NCBI GenBank assembly: GCA_043228905.1
Contig: JBHGNT010000003.1
Coordinates: 16,678,001 to 16,742,000 of the forward strand
DNA: 64,000 bases
Source of the DNA: Azolla caroliniana
Lineage: Eukaryota > Plantae > Polypodiophyta
Direction: 5' to 3'
Shown here: in pieces, positions 11,001-22,400 of the stretch
How the letters are laid out: every line of letters starts with the position of its first letter
Numbering within the stretch: position 1 is the stretch's first letter
The notes under the pieces: generated by a model
Database searches by the model: none
Told to the model about the DNA's origin: nothing
Seen by the model: the letters and a program-made list of their open reading frames with translations, nothing else
Position numbers and translations under genes: made by a program

Positions 11001-14000
11001 AGGGCCGGTTCACACACACTATACACGGTTTGCGCTTGGGGACGGTTTTCTTCACGACATCCGCCCCCACCTAACCGCGCATCCACCGGTATGCGCCAAA
11101 ATTGGGTTCCTACTTGGAGAAAACCGGTCCTTGCTTTTATTCCTCGTTTACCGGTTCATCCTCCGCCTCGGGCTGCTCGTCGTCGCTGTCCCTGCTTCTT
11201 AGCCCCGGCTCCCCGTCGTGCCGTTTCTTGAACGCTTTGATCCTCTTCCCCGCTACCAGTATCGCCATTCTCGTACCGTCGAGCTCCGCGAGATGGTACG
11301 TCCCATTGCCGTTGGCGCCTGTTACTACGTAAGGCCCGAACCACCTCCTCGCAAACTTCCGTGTGGCCCTGTGCTGATTGTTGAGGCTGTTGTCGTAGAC
11401 TAGCACCCAGTCGCCTTCCTCGATCTTCCTTGGCCTAGACCGGTGTGTTCGGTCGAACTGGGCTTTGTTCCTTATCCTCGCTACTCGAAGTTTCTCCGCG
11501 GCTCGCTCTACGTCCTCCGGCCTCTGCTCGAGCTGTCGAATCCGCGCCGCCAACAGTTCCTCCCGGCTCATCTCATCCCTCCAGTCCACCGTGGCCCACG
11601 AGGAGATCGTTCGTTCTGTTGGCATGATCGGCTTCTATCCGAACATCAGCTCGGTCGGCATGAACCCGGTTACCGAATTGTGCGTAGTCCGGTCTGCCCA
11701 CAAGGCATAAGGTAGCAGCCGTGGCTAGTCCCCGACTCGGCCACCGCACGCCCGTACTAGTGCTTTGACAATTGGACCATGTCCGCGCTCCACCTTCCCG
11801 TTCGCCTCCGGATTGTATGTTGTGGTGAGCGAAAGTTTGACTCGTAGGTCGAACAGCTCTTCGGCCTCTTCTGCGTCCAACTCACCACGGTCAGCCACGA
11901 TCTTCCCTACGCACCCGTATCGGCATACTACGTCCTCAATCAAAAACCGGCACACGGCTGCCGTCGTCTTGTTCTGCAGGGCTCGGCCTTCAGCCTGGTT
12001 CGTTAGATCTTCCCGAGCCAGCACCAGATACCGCATCTGTCCTACCCCCATTGGCATCGTCACCAAATCCACCATCCATTTGAAGTGGACGGTCGGAGGG
12101 TAGGTCCGGTGAAGCTTGTCCCGGTGTCGGATCATGGAGTGCATCTGGCAGCTTTCGCAAGTCGTCACGAACCGATGCACGTCCCGGTATAGACCCGACC
12201 ACCAGTACGTCCCCCTTTAGCTTTTCGAACTTGGCCCACGGGCTATCGTGGTATGCCGCCAGCAAATCCTCCTGTTCCTCCTTCTTCGCCACCACTCGGA
12301 GTGGGATGTCGTTCCTCTTCTTCGGGTGCTTCCAGATGTATCCGTCCCAAAGAAAGAATCGGTAGGCTTTCTTCCGTATCCGGTTGGCCTTGTCCGTTGT
12401 CCATGCCGTGTCCGGTGTCATTGTTTTCAGGAACCCGCCGATCTGTAGCCACTCCCCGTCGTACTTGCTCTCGTCGAAGTCGTTAAGCGTTGGAGACCAT
12501 TCCCCGTTGGTTGTCATGTAAGCCGCCTCGAAGAAGTCCACGCTGACTTCCTCGTCCTCTGAAACCATGCCGCCGTCGTTTTCGAACCTTGCCCTTGAAA
12601 GCATGTTGGCCATGGCGTTGTCTTTCCCGGAAATGTGTCGTATTTCCGAATTCAGGGACTTGATGTACGCTATGCACCTGAGCATTGCCAGGTCCGGCGT
12701 CGCGCATCCGGAAATCATGCCAAGAATTGGCAGGCAGTCCGTCTCGATAATTACCTCTGCCCCGATCAGGTAGTCTTTATCGGCCTTTACCGCCGAAACG
12801 ATACCCCAGAGCTCGCGTTTAACCTGGGCGTATCCTCGTTGTCGCTCACTGAGGACCTTCGCGCCAAACCGGATCGGGAAACACATGCCGTGCTCGTCCT
12901 CTTGGTTAACGACCCATCCGATCCCGGTCGGACTCGTGTTTACCGTTACGTAAATTGGAGTGCTCTTTCCGTAGACAGCCTTTCGGAGCGCCGGAGCGGC
13001 AGCAAGTGCTTCCTTCATCTTCCGGACAGACTCCGTATGCTCGTCTCTCCACTCGAATCTTCGCCCCTTTTTCAGCAACCCGTATAACAGCTCCGCGATG
13101 TGAGCGTAATGCGGGATCCATATGTGGTAGAACGTGCACGCTCCCAAGAACCTCCGAACCTCCGTGACCGAGTTGTAGTCGTCCTTCATCACAGAGATGG
13201 CTTCTACCTTAGCCAGAGACGGTTTTGGGCCGTACGACCCGCATAGGTGTCCGACGACCATGATCTCTGCTTGCCCGAAGGCTGATTTTCCCCCGGAGAA
13301 GGTGAGCCTCGCGCCCTCCAACCTCCGTAGCACCTTCTCGCAGTCATCGATGTGCGTCGCCACGAATTTCCGGCACCCGTCCGGTATGATCGTCTCGTCC
13401 CTATCCTCCACCGGGCATCCCTTGATCGGGACGTCATCCAAAAATGGCATGGTGATGTCCGGGATACAATCCCTCAACACCTTGTTCATTGTGTTCACTA
13501 TGTGAGCCACCGAGTTCGTCCCTCCTTGCGGTAGGGTACACATCTGTACTAGGCCGAGAGGAGTTCGCATTGTCGTGATGTCTCTACTTTCTATGGCTAG
13601 CTGGAACTGATCGTAGCCCGAGTAGAGATCACCGACCGAGTAAATTGACCTTCCGGCGAAGGCCTCTGCGAACTCGTCTATTGTCGGTGCGATTCTTGCG
13701 TTTCGAATGGTCACCTTGTTGACCGGCTGTAGGTCTTGAATAAAGCGCAGTGTGCCGTCCTTCTTCGGCACAGTAAACCACCGATTCGAGTATGGGGCAC
13801 TCGACGGTTCGAGGATTCCCATCTCGACCTTCTGCTTTAACAGCTCCATCAGCTTCAGGATGTGAGCTCTGGGTACTGGAATCGGTTTGAGACTCCACGG
13901 CACATGCGGTACCATGAATATCACCATCGGTTCCACGACCGTCGGGTCTACGCACCCAATCTCCTCCGGTGAGAATGCGAAAGCCTTCCCGTGCCTTTCG

Positions 14001-14089
14001 AGCATTTCCGGAAAACGGTCCTCTTCTGCTAGCAGTAGGAAGCCGCCCCCACCGATTTTGAGCTCGCACAACGTTATGTCGGTGAACGT

Positions 14090-14817
14090 TGTCGTAGTGT
14101 ATTTTGTACACTACGTGAAAAACGTATATAGTATTAGATTCAATAAAAAATGAAGAAATAGAAGAAAATAGCAAAATAAATGGAACATGCATAGGGCAAG
14201 ATTCGAACCTTGCACCTCCATGTTAATAATGTAATGTCTTACCATTACACTAGCATTTCATTAGTGTTAAAGCATAGATGTCCCACATAGAAAGGTAAAT
14301 TCACGCTAGGATAAACATTAGAAAAACGCATAACAAAAGAAAAAACTACACATACACATCTAGCATGCATGATAAAAAACGCACAAGTTAGAAAAAAGCA
14401 TGATCACTTTAGATAAAGCATATAGTCTATCTATAGGAAAAGCATGGGGTCTATAGTTAGAGAAAAAGCATGGATTACTAAGACTTCCTCATCACTACAT
14501 AAGGATGGGGAGCACAATGTAATTGTGTGTGAAAAATATTTGGAAACTGGATATGTTTCTAAAAAACACCAATTAATAAACTATACTCGTGGGATTCACG
14601 AGAATTCTATATCATTCTCTTTCAACCGAAGTTTATATTCTTATATTCATATTGATTAATCTAATACAATACACTTGTGGGATTCACGAGTTTGCTATAA
14701 CTCTTTCTTACAACATATTTATATTCTTATTAGCCTTAAAACTCTCCTCTTCCTAGTCCAAAACCCCAGCGGTTCCCACCCGACTCACGCAACGATCCGG
14801 AGCCGAAAGGCACGACA
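14090..14817 (+). mobile_element. X2: solo LTR of the gypsy D family, inserted in the pol of C
   Basis: TGTCGTAG...GCACGACA termini, perfect ACGT TSD (14086-14089 / 14818-14821); both ends match the reverse complement of 18011-18912. Confidence 0.88.
14194..14262 (-). promoter_or_regulatory. tRNA-like A-box/B-box (Pol III type) module inside solo LTR X2
   Basis: Minus strand TAGTGTAATGGT..GCAAGGTTCGAATCTTGC; homologues at 8148-8215 (-) and 18505-18568 (+). Confidence 0.6.
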
Positions 14818-17800
14818 ACGTGTCTCCTATGCGGGCCGGATTTCGTAAACTCGGGTCCGACGCAACCCCCTTTATTCGCAACTCGCTGCCCTCCGGCAAG
14901 GGAGCCGCGACTGGCCTCACCTTCCGGTCCACAGTCTTGTACCTCGTGTCCACCGGGGCCGTCCGACCCGACTCGAGCCCTCTACTGAAGTCCGCGATGA
15001 CTTCGTACATCCTTTCCGAACATATCGGAATCGTCCGGTCCTCTTTAAGGACTCCTCCGATTACCTCTCACAGCTCCCCCAAGGTATCGTCGAAAGAGAC
15101 CGTCTCCACGGCTCCGTTGATTTCCTCTCCAAGGCCGAGGACGCCACATGCCCGAAGTCGCTCCTCCGCCCTTTTCTTTTTCCGTCCGACAACGTCAACT
15201 ATCGTACACCCTCCGTTGTCGGAGAAGCAAAATTTCCTACTTATAGTACAGGGTTTCTTCGCTATCTTACACTAATTGTGGGGTTCTCCCGAAGTGTCCG
15301 GACTATCGCGGCCCCACGCCTTGATAGCCCTCTTCAAAAATCCTCCCGGCTTTCGCCCCCGAGGGTCTCGTGGTTCCTCTCATGGTTCGGTCTCACCGTC
15401 AGGAACTGGACCGAGTGGCGCCCATCCTGGCTCTTGATCCTCGCATAGGCCGAGCCGTTGTCCAGCACCTTTGTCTCCATTTGTGCTGCCGTGATGTACG
15501 GTTCTCCAAGTATAACCGGATGTGAGGACGTCTCCTGTACGAAGAAGTGTTGGTCAATCTCGACATCGCCGATCTTTACTCGTACATTCGGGCAGGCTCC
15601 ATGCAGTTCCTCGGTGGCACGCGTTGTCGCCCGTATTTTCCACCCATGCTTGGTGTTGATCGGCCATTTCCCCTTCTTATAGAAGTCCATGGACATCAAA
15701 TTGATTTTTGAACCGTGGTCCACCAACGCCACCACCGGTTCATGAACATCTCCGATCTTCACGGGGGTCTCCGTGGTTACTCTGGCCCAGTGCGGCCTCA
15801 AATAGTGGCTCTCCGCCAACTCGTCTTCCAACGCCATGTCCTCTATGTGCGTCGTCCACACCTCCACCGGCTTCTCCGGTTCTGTCTCCGTCGACAACCT
15901 CTTCCTCTTCACCCACTCCATGAAGTCCCGCTTCGAAAGTCGAAGCGCATCTTCAAGCCCGTATCTTTTGAGGAGCCGACCTTCGAACTCCTCCCAGGTC
16001 CGGCTCTCAGCCCGTACCTCGAGCACCTCCGTATGGATGCCCGGCATCGCCACTCGAGGGAATCCGGCTAGACGCCTCTCTTCCGGGATGTCCCTCATTA
16101 CCATCTCAGCCCGGTAGGACGCCAAGTAGCTTGTGGCATCCTTTCCACTAAACCAGCCGATCGTACCAACAACCGCCTCGATAGCCCTATCCAGGGCTCC
16201 GGTGCCTTCGCGCGCACTCACTATACGGTCTACAGCCGAAGCCATGGCTTCTGCATGGTCCGACCCCCTCATCTTCTACTCCTCTGCCACCTGTTCACGT
16301 CGGGTTCACCAAAGATGTCGCGTTGCTACGCGCGTGCGTGGAGAACAAGGTGGGACCACTAGGGTCTTGGACCGAGGAATAGGCGAGGGAAGAGAGAGAG
16401 AGAGAGAGAGAGAAACACTCACTCACGTATAGACAAAGAGGCGCACGGGGACGCGGCACAACAACACAGGAGACACAAGTTGAGAACACTAGAGTATGTA
16501 TATAAATATAGGCATGTATTTGTAAGTATGCAGACGACTCGAACGGTTACAGCCGATCAGGTCGGCGAGGTGGATGCCGACGCCTGATCACCCACGCACA
16601 TAGGAGAGCAAGATGGAGATTCTGCCGGAATCACACGGGCATTCCACGGAGCAGAATCAGCCTCCTGAGAACCTGCGTAAAAGAAGCTATGGAGAACGAC
16701 AGAGAAGAAGAGCTTGGTCCCAGTCCGGCAACACTTCGTTCCTTCTAGCGCCGCCCCCTTTTCTTCTCTCCCGTCTCCCTCTCTTTTATAGCTCAAGGAG
16801 GGAGGCCGCCTTGCCCGTTTACATCACATTAATTCTCTGTCCTTTCGGACAGAGATACTCCTCGATTCTCCCTATAGAATATTGCTACCTAGGATCTAAC
16901 CTTTGTGCCTACCTATCTACTATAGGACAAGGGACGTGCGCACGTGTAAGGGCCGGTTCACACACACTATACACGGTTTGCGCCTGGGGACGGTTTTCTT
17001 CACGACAGCGCGAAAGCAATCGGCTCGACACTGCCGACAAACTGCAAGCTAAGCGAAGGACAATGTCTGAAACCGGAAACCGAGAATGCCGAGATGTCAA
17101 AAGTTCCTTATGCCTCAGTGGTTGGAAGCCTGATGTATGCGATGGTATGTACCATGCCGGACATAGGATATACAGTCGGCATGGTTAGCCGATACATGAG
17201 CAACCCTGGAAGAGAGCATTGGGTTGTTGAAGTGGATACTTCGGTACCTAAAACGCACCTCGAACGTGTGTCTTCGTTTCGGTTCAAGTAACCCCACACT
17301 AGAGGGTTATATTGACTCGGACATGTCGGCTGATGTGGATACCAGCCGATACACGTCCGGGTAAGTAATGACTTATGCAAGGGGAGTCATTTCATGGCAG
17401 TCTAGGCTGCAGAAGGCCATGGCGTTGTCAACCACAGAAGCCGAATATATGGCCGCAGCGGAAGCCGACAAGGAAATCATATGGATGAAGGATTTTATCG
17501 GTGAGTTGGGAATTCGGCAAGAGGAATTCCAACTCCATTGCGATAACCAGCGTGCCATTCACCTTACGAAAAATGTTGCCTACCACTCGAGGACCAAACA
17601 CATCCAGAGAAGATATCATTGGCTCCGAGAGCGAGTAGAAGAAAAGGAGTTTGTTCTAGTGAAGATCCACACGGCCGAAAATGGATCGGATATGCTGACG
17701 AAGGTGGTGTCCGCCGAAAAGCTAAACGCACGCCAATAGAGAGTCGGTTTGGTGAAGTACCCCATGCCAGAGTGAAGAGGGAGTTTGTTGGGAAACATGT

Positions 17801-19491
17801 CCCTCTAGATAGGAAGAGAAGTACCATGTTGGTGAGTATCGAATGGGAAGAGAAGTACCGTGTTGGTGAGTATCGGATGGGAAGAGAATTACCGTGTTGG
17901 GAGTTTGTTGGGAAACATGTCCCTCCGCATCGGAAGAGAAGTACCATGTTGCTGATGATGGTGTCTCTGTATCTTCCACGTAAAATGTCGTTGTCTCTAT
18001 GTCTTCACGTTGTCGTGCCTTTCGGCTCCGAATTGTTACGTGAGTCGGGTGGGAACCACTGGGGTTTTGGACTAGGAGGAAGGAAAATTCTAAGGCAATT
18101 AAGAATGTGAAATATATTATGAGAAAGAAAGATATGAAAAACTCATGAATCCCATGAGTATAGTGTATTAGTGAGTACTCAAATTAAGAGAGAATAATAG
18201 TTAGCAAATTCGTGGATCCCACGATTATATTATATTAATCAACCCTTGTAAAAATAATCAACAACCTCTTAGACTATACATCTTTCTCTCTTCCTTATAT
18301 AGTGTTGGAAGAGTCTAAGTTTATCACATGCAAGCATCATGCTTTTTCTATCTTTAGTTTTCATGCACACTGCATGTGCATGATTAGCTTTCTATCTCAT
18401 CTTTTCTTTTTAACTCGAGTGTCTATGCATGAATAACTTTTGTACCATGCATGTCTAGAAATTTTACACGGAATAAAGTTTAGTATAACTCTAAAATTCA
18501 TGATACCCTACTATAATGATAAGGCTTAACATTATTAACATGGAGGTGCAAGGTTCGAATCTTGCCCTATGCATGTAATATATATATTTTTATACTTTCT
18601 TCTATTTACAAATACGTCTCTTCATCCGGTGAGAGACTCTCACCGGCCTTCTTCATCCGGCTCTTTCCGGTTCTATTTCATCCGGTGCTTGATAGTTTTC
18701 TTTGTCCGGTTCTTACCGGGAACTCCTTACCGATCTCTTCGTCCGTTTCTCACTGACTCTCACCGGCCTTCTTCATCCGGCTCTTGTTGGGTCTCCTTGC
18801 CGGTTTCGGTCCTTACCGGTTCGTTCTTCCGGTTCTCACCGGGTACTCCATGTCCTATCCGGAGAGACAAAAAATGTAATTTTTCACGTAGTGTACAAAT
18901 TACACTACGACACTCGCCCCCTCCGAACCCACACATCCTCCGGTATGTGTCGAAGTCCCCGATGCTTACTATTCACCTTCATCCGAAGCTTCTTCCGATT
19001 CTCCCCTTAAGTCGACGATGAGTTCTAATCCACTTTCTTCGCTTTCTGCATCACCGCGATCTTCGTCCGATTGCTCCTTCTGGTCGGTCTTGTCTAGGAC
19101 ATAGGGTTCTTCATCAGTCCGCTTCTTGAAAATCTTCACCCGTTTCCCGGCTATAGGCACTCGTAGCATTGTTCCATCTAACTCGCATAGTCGGTAAGTT
19201 CCGTTGTCGAAAACTTTCCGAACCTTGTATGGTCCGAACCACCTTTTCGCGAACTTCCGCATCGTTGTATGTTGATGATCCAAACTACTGTCGTAGACAA
19301 TCACCCAATCTCCTTCTTCAATCTTCCGCGGTCGTAGTCGGTGCTTTGTGTCGAACCGGCTTTTATTCCGGAATCGCGCTTCTTGTTGTCGGCGTATTGC
19401 TTCCGCTATGTCTTCCGGTCTTCCCTCCAGTTGTCGTATCCGGACCGCTAGTAGTTCTTCCCAGCTCATCTCTTCCTTCCATGGTAGCATT

Positions 19492-22400
19492 TGTTGGGAG
19501 ACAGGTCCCTCCGGATGGGAAGGGAGAAGAACAGTGCAGATGAACAAACTCAACCGAAACCAGATGAGGAGTACCTGGCTACGGAGAGCCGGATGGTGCA
19601 GACCCGGTGAAGACCGGATGAGGAGTACCCGGCTACGGAGAGCCGGATGGTGCAGACCCGGTGAAGACCGGATGAGGAGTACCCGGCTACGGAAAGCCGG
19701 ATAGTGCAGACCCAGTGAGGAATGCTCACCGGATGAAGAGACATATTCGTAAATATGTTTCTGAGAGTCCATCGAGGCTATATTTGTAAATAGCCGAAAA
19801 GTCATATTAGTATAAATATGACTTAGGGCAAACTTCTAGATAGAGTTGTTGTCATTCTTGTTGGCGCAAGGAGTGAGAGAGCGCGTAATTGTGTACAGAG
19901 AGAGAGAGAGAGATAGAGGTCGCTGCCTCTATTGTAACCGCCGCCTGTGGCGAAGATCGTGAGCACGAGGTCGTTGCCTCTGTGAACTCACTGTTATACA
20001 TTCTAACATAGTGATAGTTTGCAGCCTGTGGGCTGCAGTGGTTTTTAACCCTAGTTTGGGGTTTTCCACGTAAACATCCTGTGTACTCTTCTCTTCTTCA
20101 TGTCGTGTTTTCTTTCCCATTTTTTGTGTATGATCCTAAGCTCGGTTGTGGCCGAGCGTTGCGCATAAGGAGCGTCTAGTTCTCGTCAAGTGGTATCAAA
20201 GCGAAACAACACAGAAAATGGACGAATCGTTTGGCGGCATGTTCAAGCTCACCGGCTCCAACTATTCGGTATGGAAGTCGAAGATGAGGAACATGCTCGT
20301 GGTTAAAGATCCTTGGTTGCCGGTTCAGTTTGGGGACAAGAGACCAGACAAGATCGACGCCACAATATGGGAGGTGATGCACATGAAGACAACAGCGTAC
20401 ATACGGTGCTTCATCGACATGAGCCTATACAACAACTTCAATGAAGAGAGCAAGGCTCATGAGCTCAGGGAGAAGATCGGCATTATGTTTCAGAACAAAA
20501 ATGTTGTTAATCAGGTTTCGATATTCCAGAAGCTAGTAAGACTCCGGTACCAAGATGGCTCCAGCATGGTGGAGCACATGAATGCCTTCCAGGGGTTGAT
20601 CCACCAGGCAACATCTTTGGAGGTACCTCTCGCCGATGAGGTACTAGCACTACTCCTGCTCGGTTCCCTCCTGGATAGCTGGGAGACGTTGGTTGTCACT
20701 TTAGCAAGAGTAAAGTCAAGCTTGCTAGATGAGGAGGCGCGTTGGAAAGATAAAGATACGAGCTCCGACTCCAAAGCGTTACTTACCGAATCGGAACGCG
20801 GAAGACATAGGAACTGTAGCCTTCAGAACCAGGAAAAGTCGGGGACACGGTCAAAGTCAAGGGGGAGGCCTACTTGCTTCTATTGCGGCAAGCCGGGACA
20901 CTTCCAGAAGAACTGTCGGCATTTCTGGAAAGACAAGGAAACCGACAGTACCGATTCGAAGCGGACACTGGACCGGAACGGTAAAGACCGGAGGGGGCCG
21001 CACCGGAAGGGGATGACGGCAATCACGGCAAATGAAGAAGAGTTGATGCTCATCACTGAGGAGAGTGAGATAAACCTTGCCGGCGACGAGATGACCTGGG
21101 TGGTAGACTCCGGAGCGTCATTCCACCTTACCTCGGACAAGAAATGCTTCACATCCTACTCAGCCGGTCATCACGGCTGTGTCCGGATGGGGAATGAAGG
21201 AACATGCCGAATCGTCGGCATAGGAAACGTGTGGCTGACAACACCAACCGGATGCAAGTTGCTGCTGAAGGATGTCCGACACGTTCCGGAGGTTCGTCTG
21301 AACCTGATATCAGTCGGTCGGCTAGATGATGAAGGCTACACAGGTAGCATCCGGAACGGTGTCATGAAGTTCAGCAAAGGGAGCCTGATTGTGGCTCGGG
21401 CCCGGAAGGTCAACACACTGTACCTGATGAATGCTCGGTCATATCCGGAAGAAGTGAACGTGGCATCCAACACTGCCGGTGAGCTGTGGCACAAGAGGCT
21501 GTGTCATATGAGCGAGAAGGGGATGAAGAGGCTTGCAGACGACAACCTCATTCCAGTGAAGAACGTGCACTTGGAGAAGTGCACTAATTGTCTGGCCGGT
21601 AAGAAAAACCGGACCTCCTTCCGATCAAGGCGACCGATGAGACGTAATGCGCCACTGGAGTTGGTGCATACGGATGTGTGTCAAGTAGACACGAAGTCAC
21701 ATGCCGGAGCGCAGTACTTCGTGACGTTCATTGATGACCACAGCCGGAAGCTGTGGGCCACACCGTTGAAGACAAAGGATCAAGTGCTATCCGTTTTCAA
21801 AGAGCTCCACGCGAGAGTGGAAAGAGAAACCGGTCGGAAGCTGAAGGCGGTTCGAGCAGATAACGGAGGAGAATACCGGGGGCAGTTTGAGGAGTACTGC
21901 CGCTCAAAGGGAATCCGGCTCGAATTTACCGTGCCGAAGACGCCGGAACTAAACGGACTGGCCGAGAGGATGAACCGGACCATAATGGAGAGGGTCTGGA
22001 GTATGCTAGCGCATGCAAAACTACCCAAGAAGTTTTGGGCTGAGGCATTGTCGATGGCGACTTATGTGATAAATAGATAACCCTCAGTACCCTTGGACGG
22101 AGACACACCACAGAGTGTGTGGACCGGTAAGGAAGTATCCTACCGGCATCTGAAGGTGTTCAGGTGTCTCGTGTACGTGCATGTAGCTAAGGACCGGAGA
22201 GGAAAGTTAGGTCCAAAGACCCGGCCATGCATATTCCTCGGTTACGGTGACGATGAGTTCGGCTACCGAGTGTGGGACCTGGTCGACAAGAAGGTATTCT
22301 GGAGTCGAGATATTATCTTCATGGAGGACAAGACGCTCGCAGACTGGGAGTCGTAGAAGAAGATAATGAACTCCGAGTCGACCGGTAAGGATAGACTCTA

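Larger units (their letters stand above)
10377..17007 (-). mobile_element. Gypsy C: degenerate full-length Ty3/gypsy element with tRNA-Trp PBS
   Basis: LTRs 10377-11059 and 16316-17007; PBS 16294-16311; PPT 11060-11074; TSD GCGA/GCGC. Gag-PR 15334-16272 (ALVDHGS), RT/RH ORF 11990-14071 (PFLDD), integrase 11137-12180 (NGKVERGHG, WFGPY). Confidence 0.92.
467..18010 (+). mobile_element. Copia A: degenerate Tnt1/Tork-like Ty1/copia element interrupted by three insertions
   Basis: 5' LTR 467-1004 (TATTGGG..TAACA), PBS TGGTATCAGAG 1008-1018, gag ATG 1021. Pol pieces at 1021-2583 (WVVDSG protease, integrase), 8719-10376 (INT, RT LLLYVDDML) and 17012-17775 (RNase H). PPT then 3' LTR from 17786, cut at 18010 by gypsy D. 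Confidence 0.88.

Noticed and set aside
19564-19725. CRISPR-like array (also the 17810-17900 and 55392-55582 repeats)
   Set aside because: Head-to-tail tandem repeats without unique spacers, in a eukaryotic transposon context with no cas genes
18969-19805. 278-aa ORF as a novel gene
   Set aside because: Chance in-frame fusion of the antisense copia E LTR repeats with the C-terminus of the D integrase
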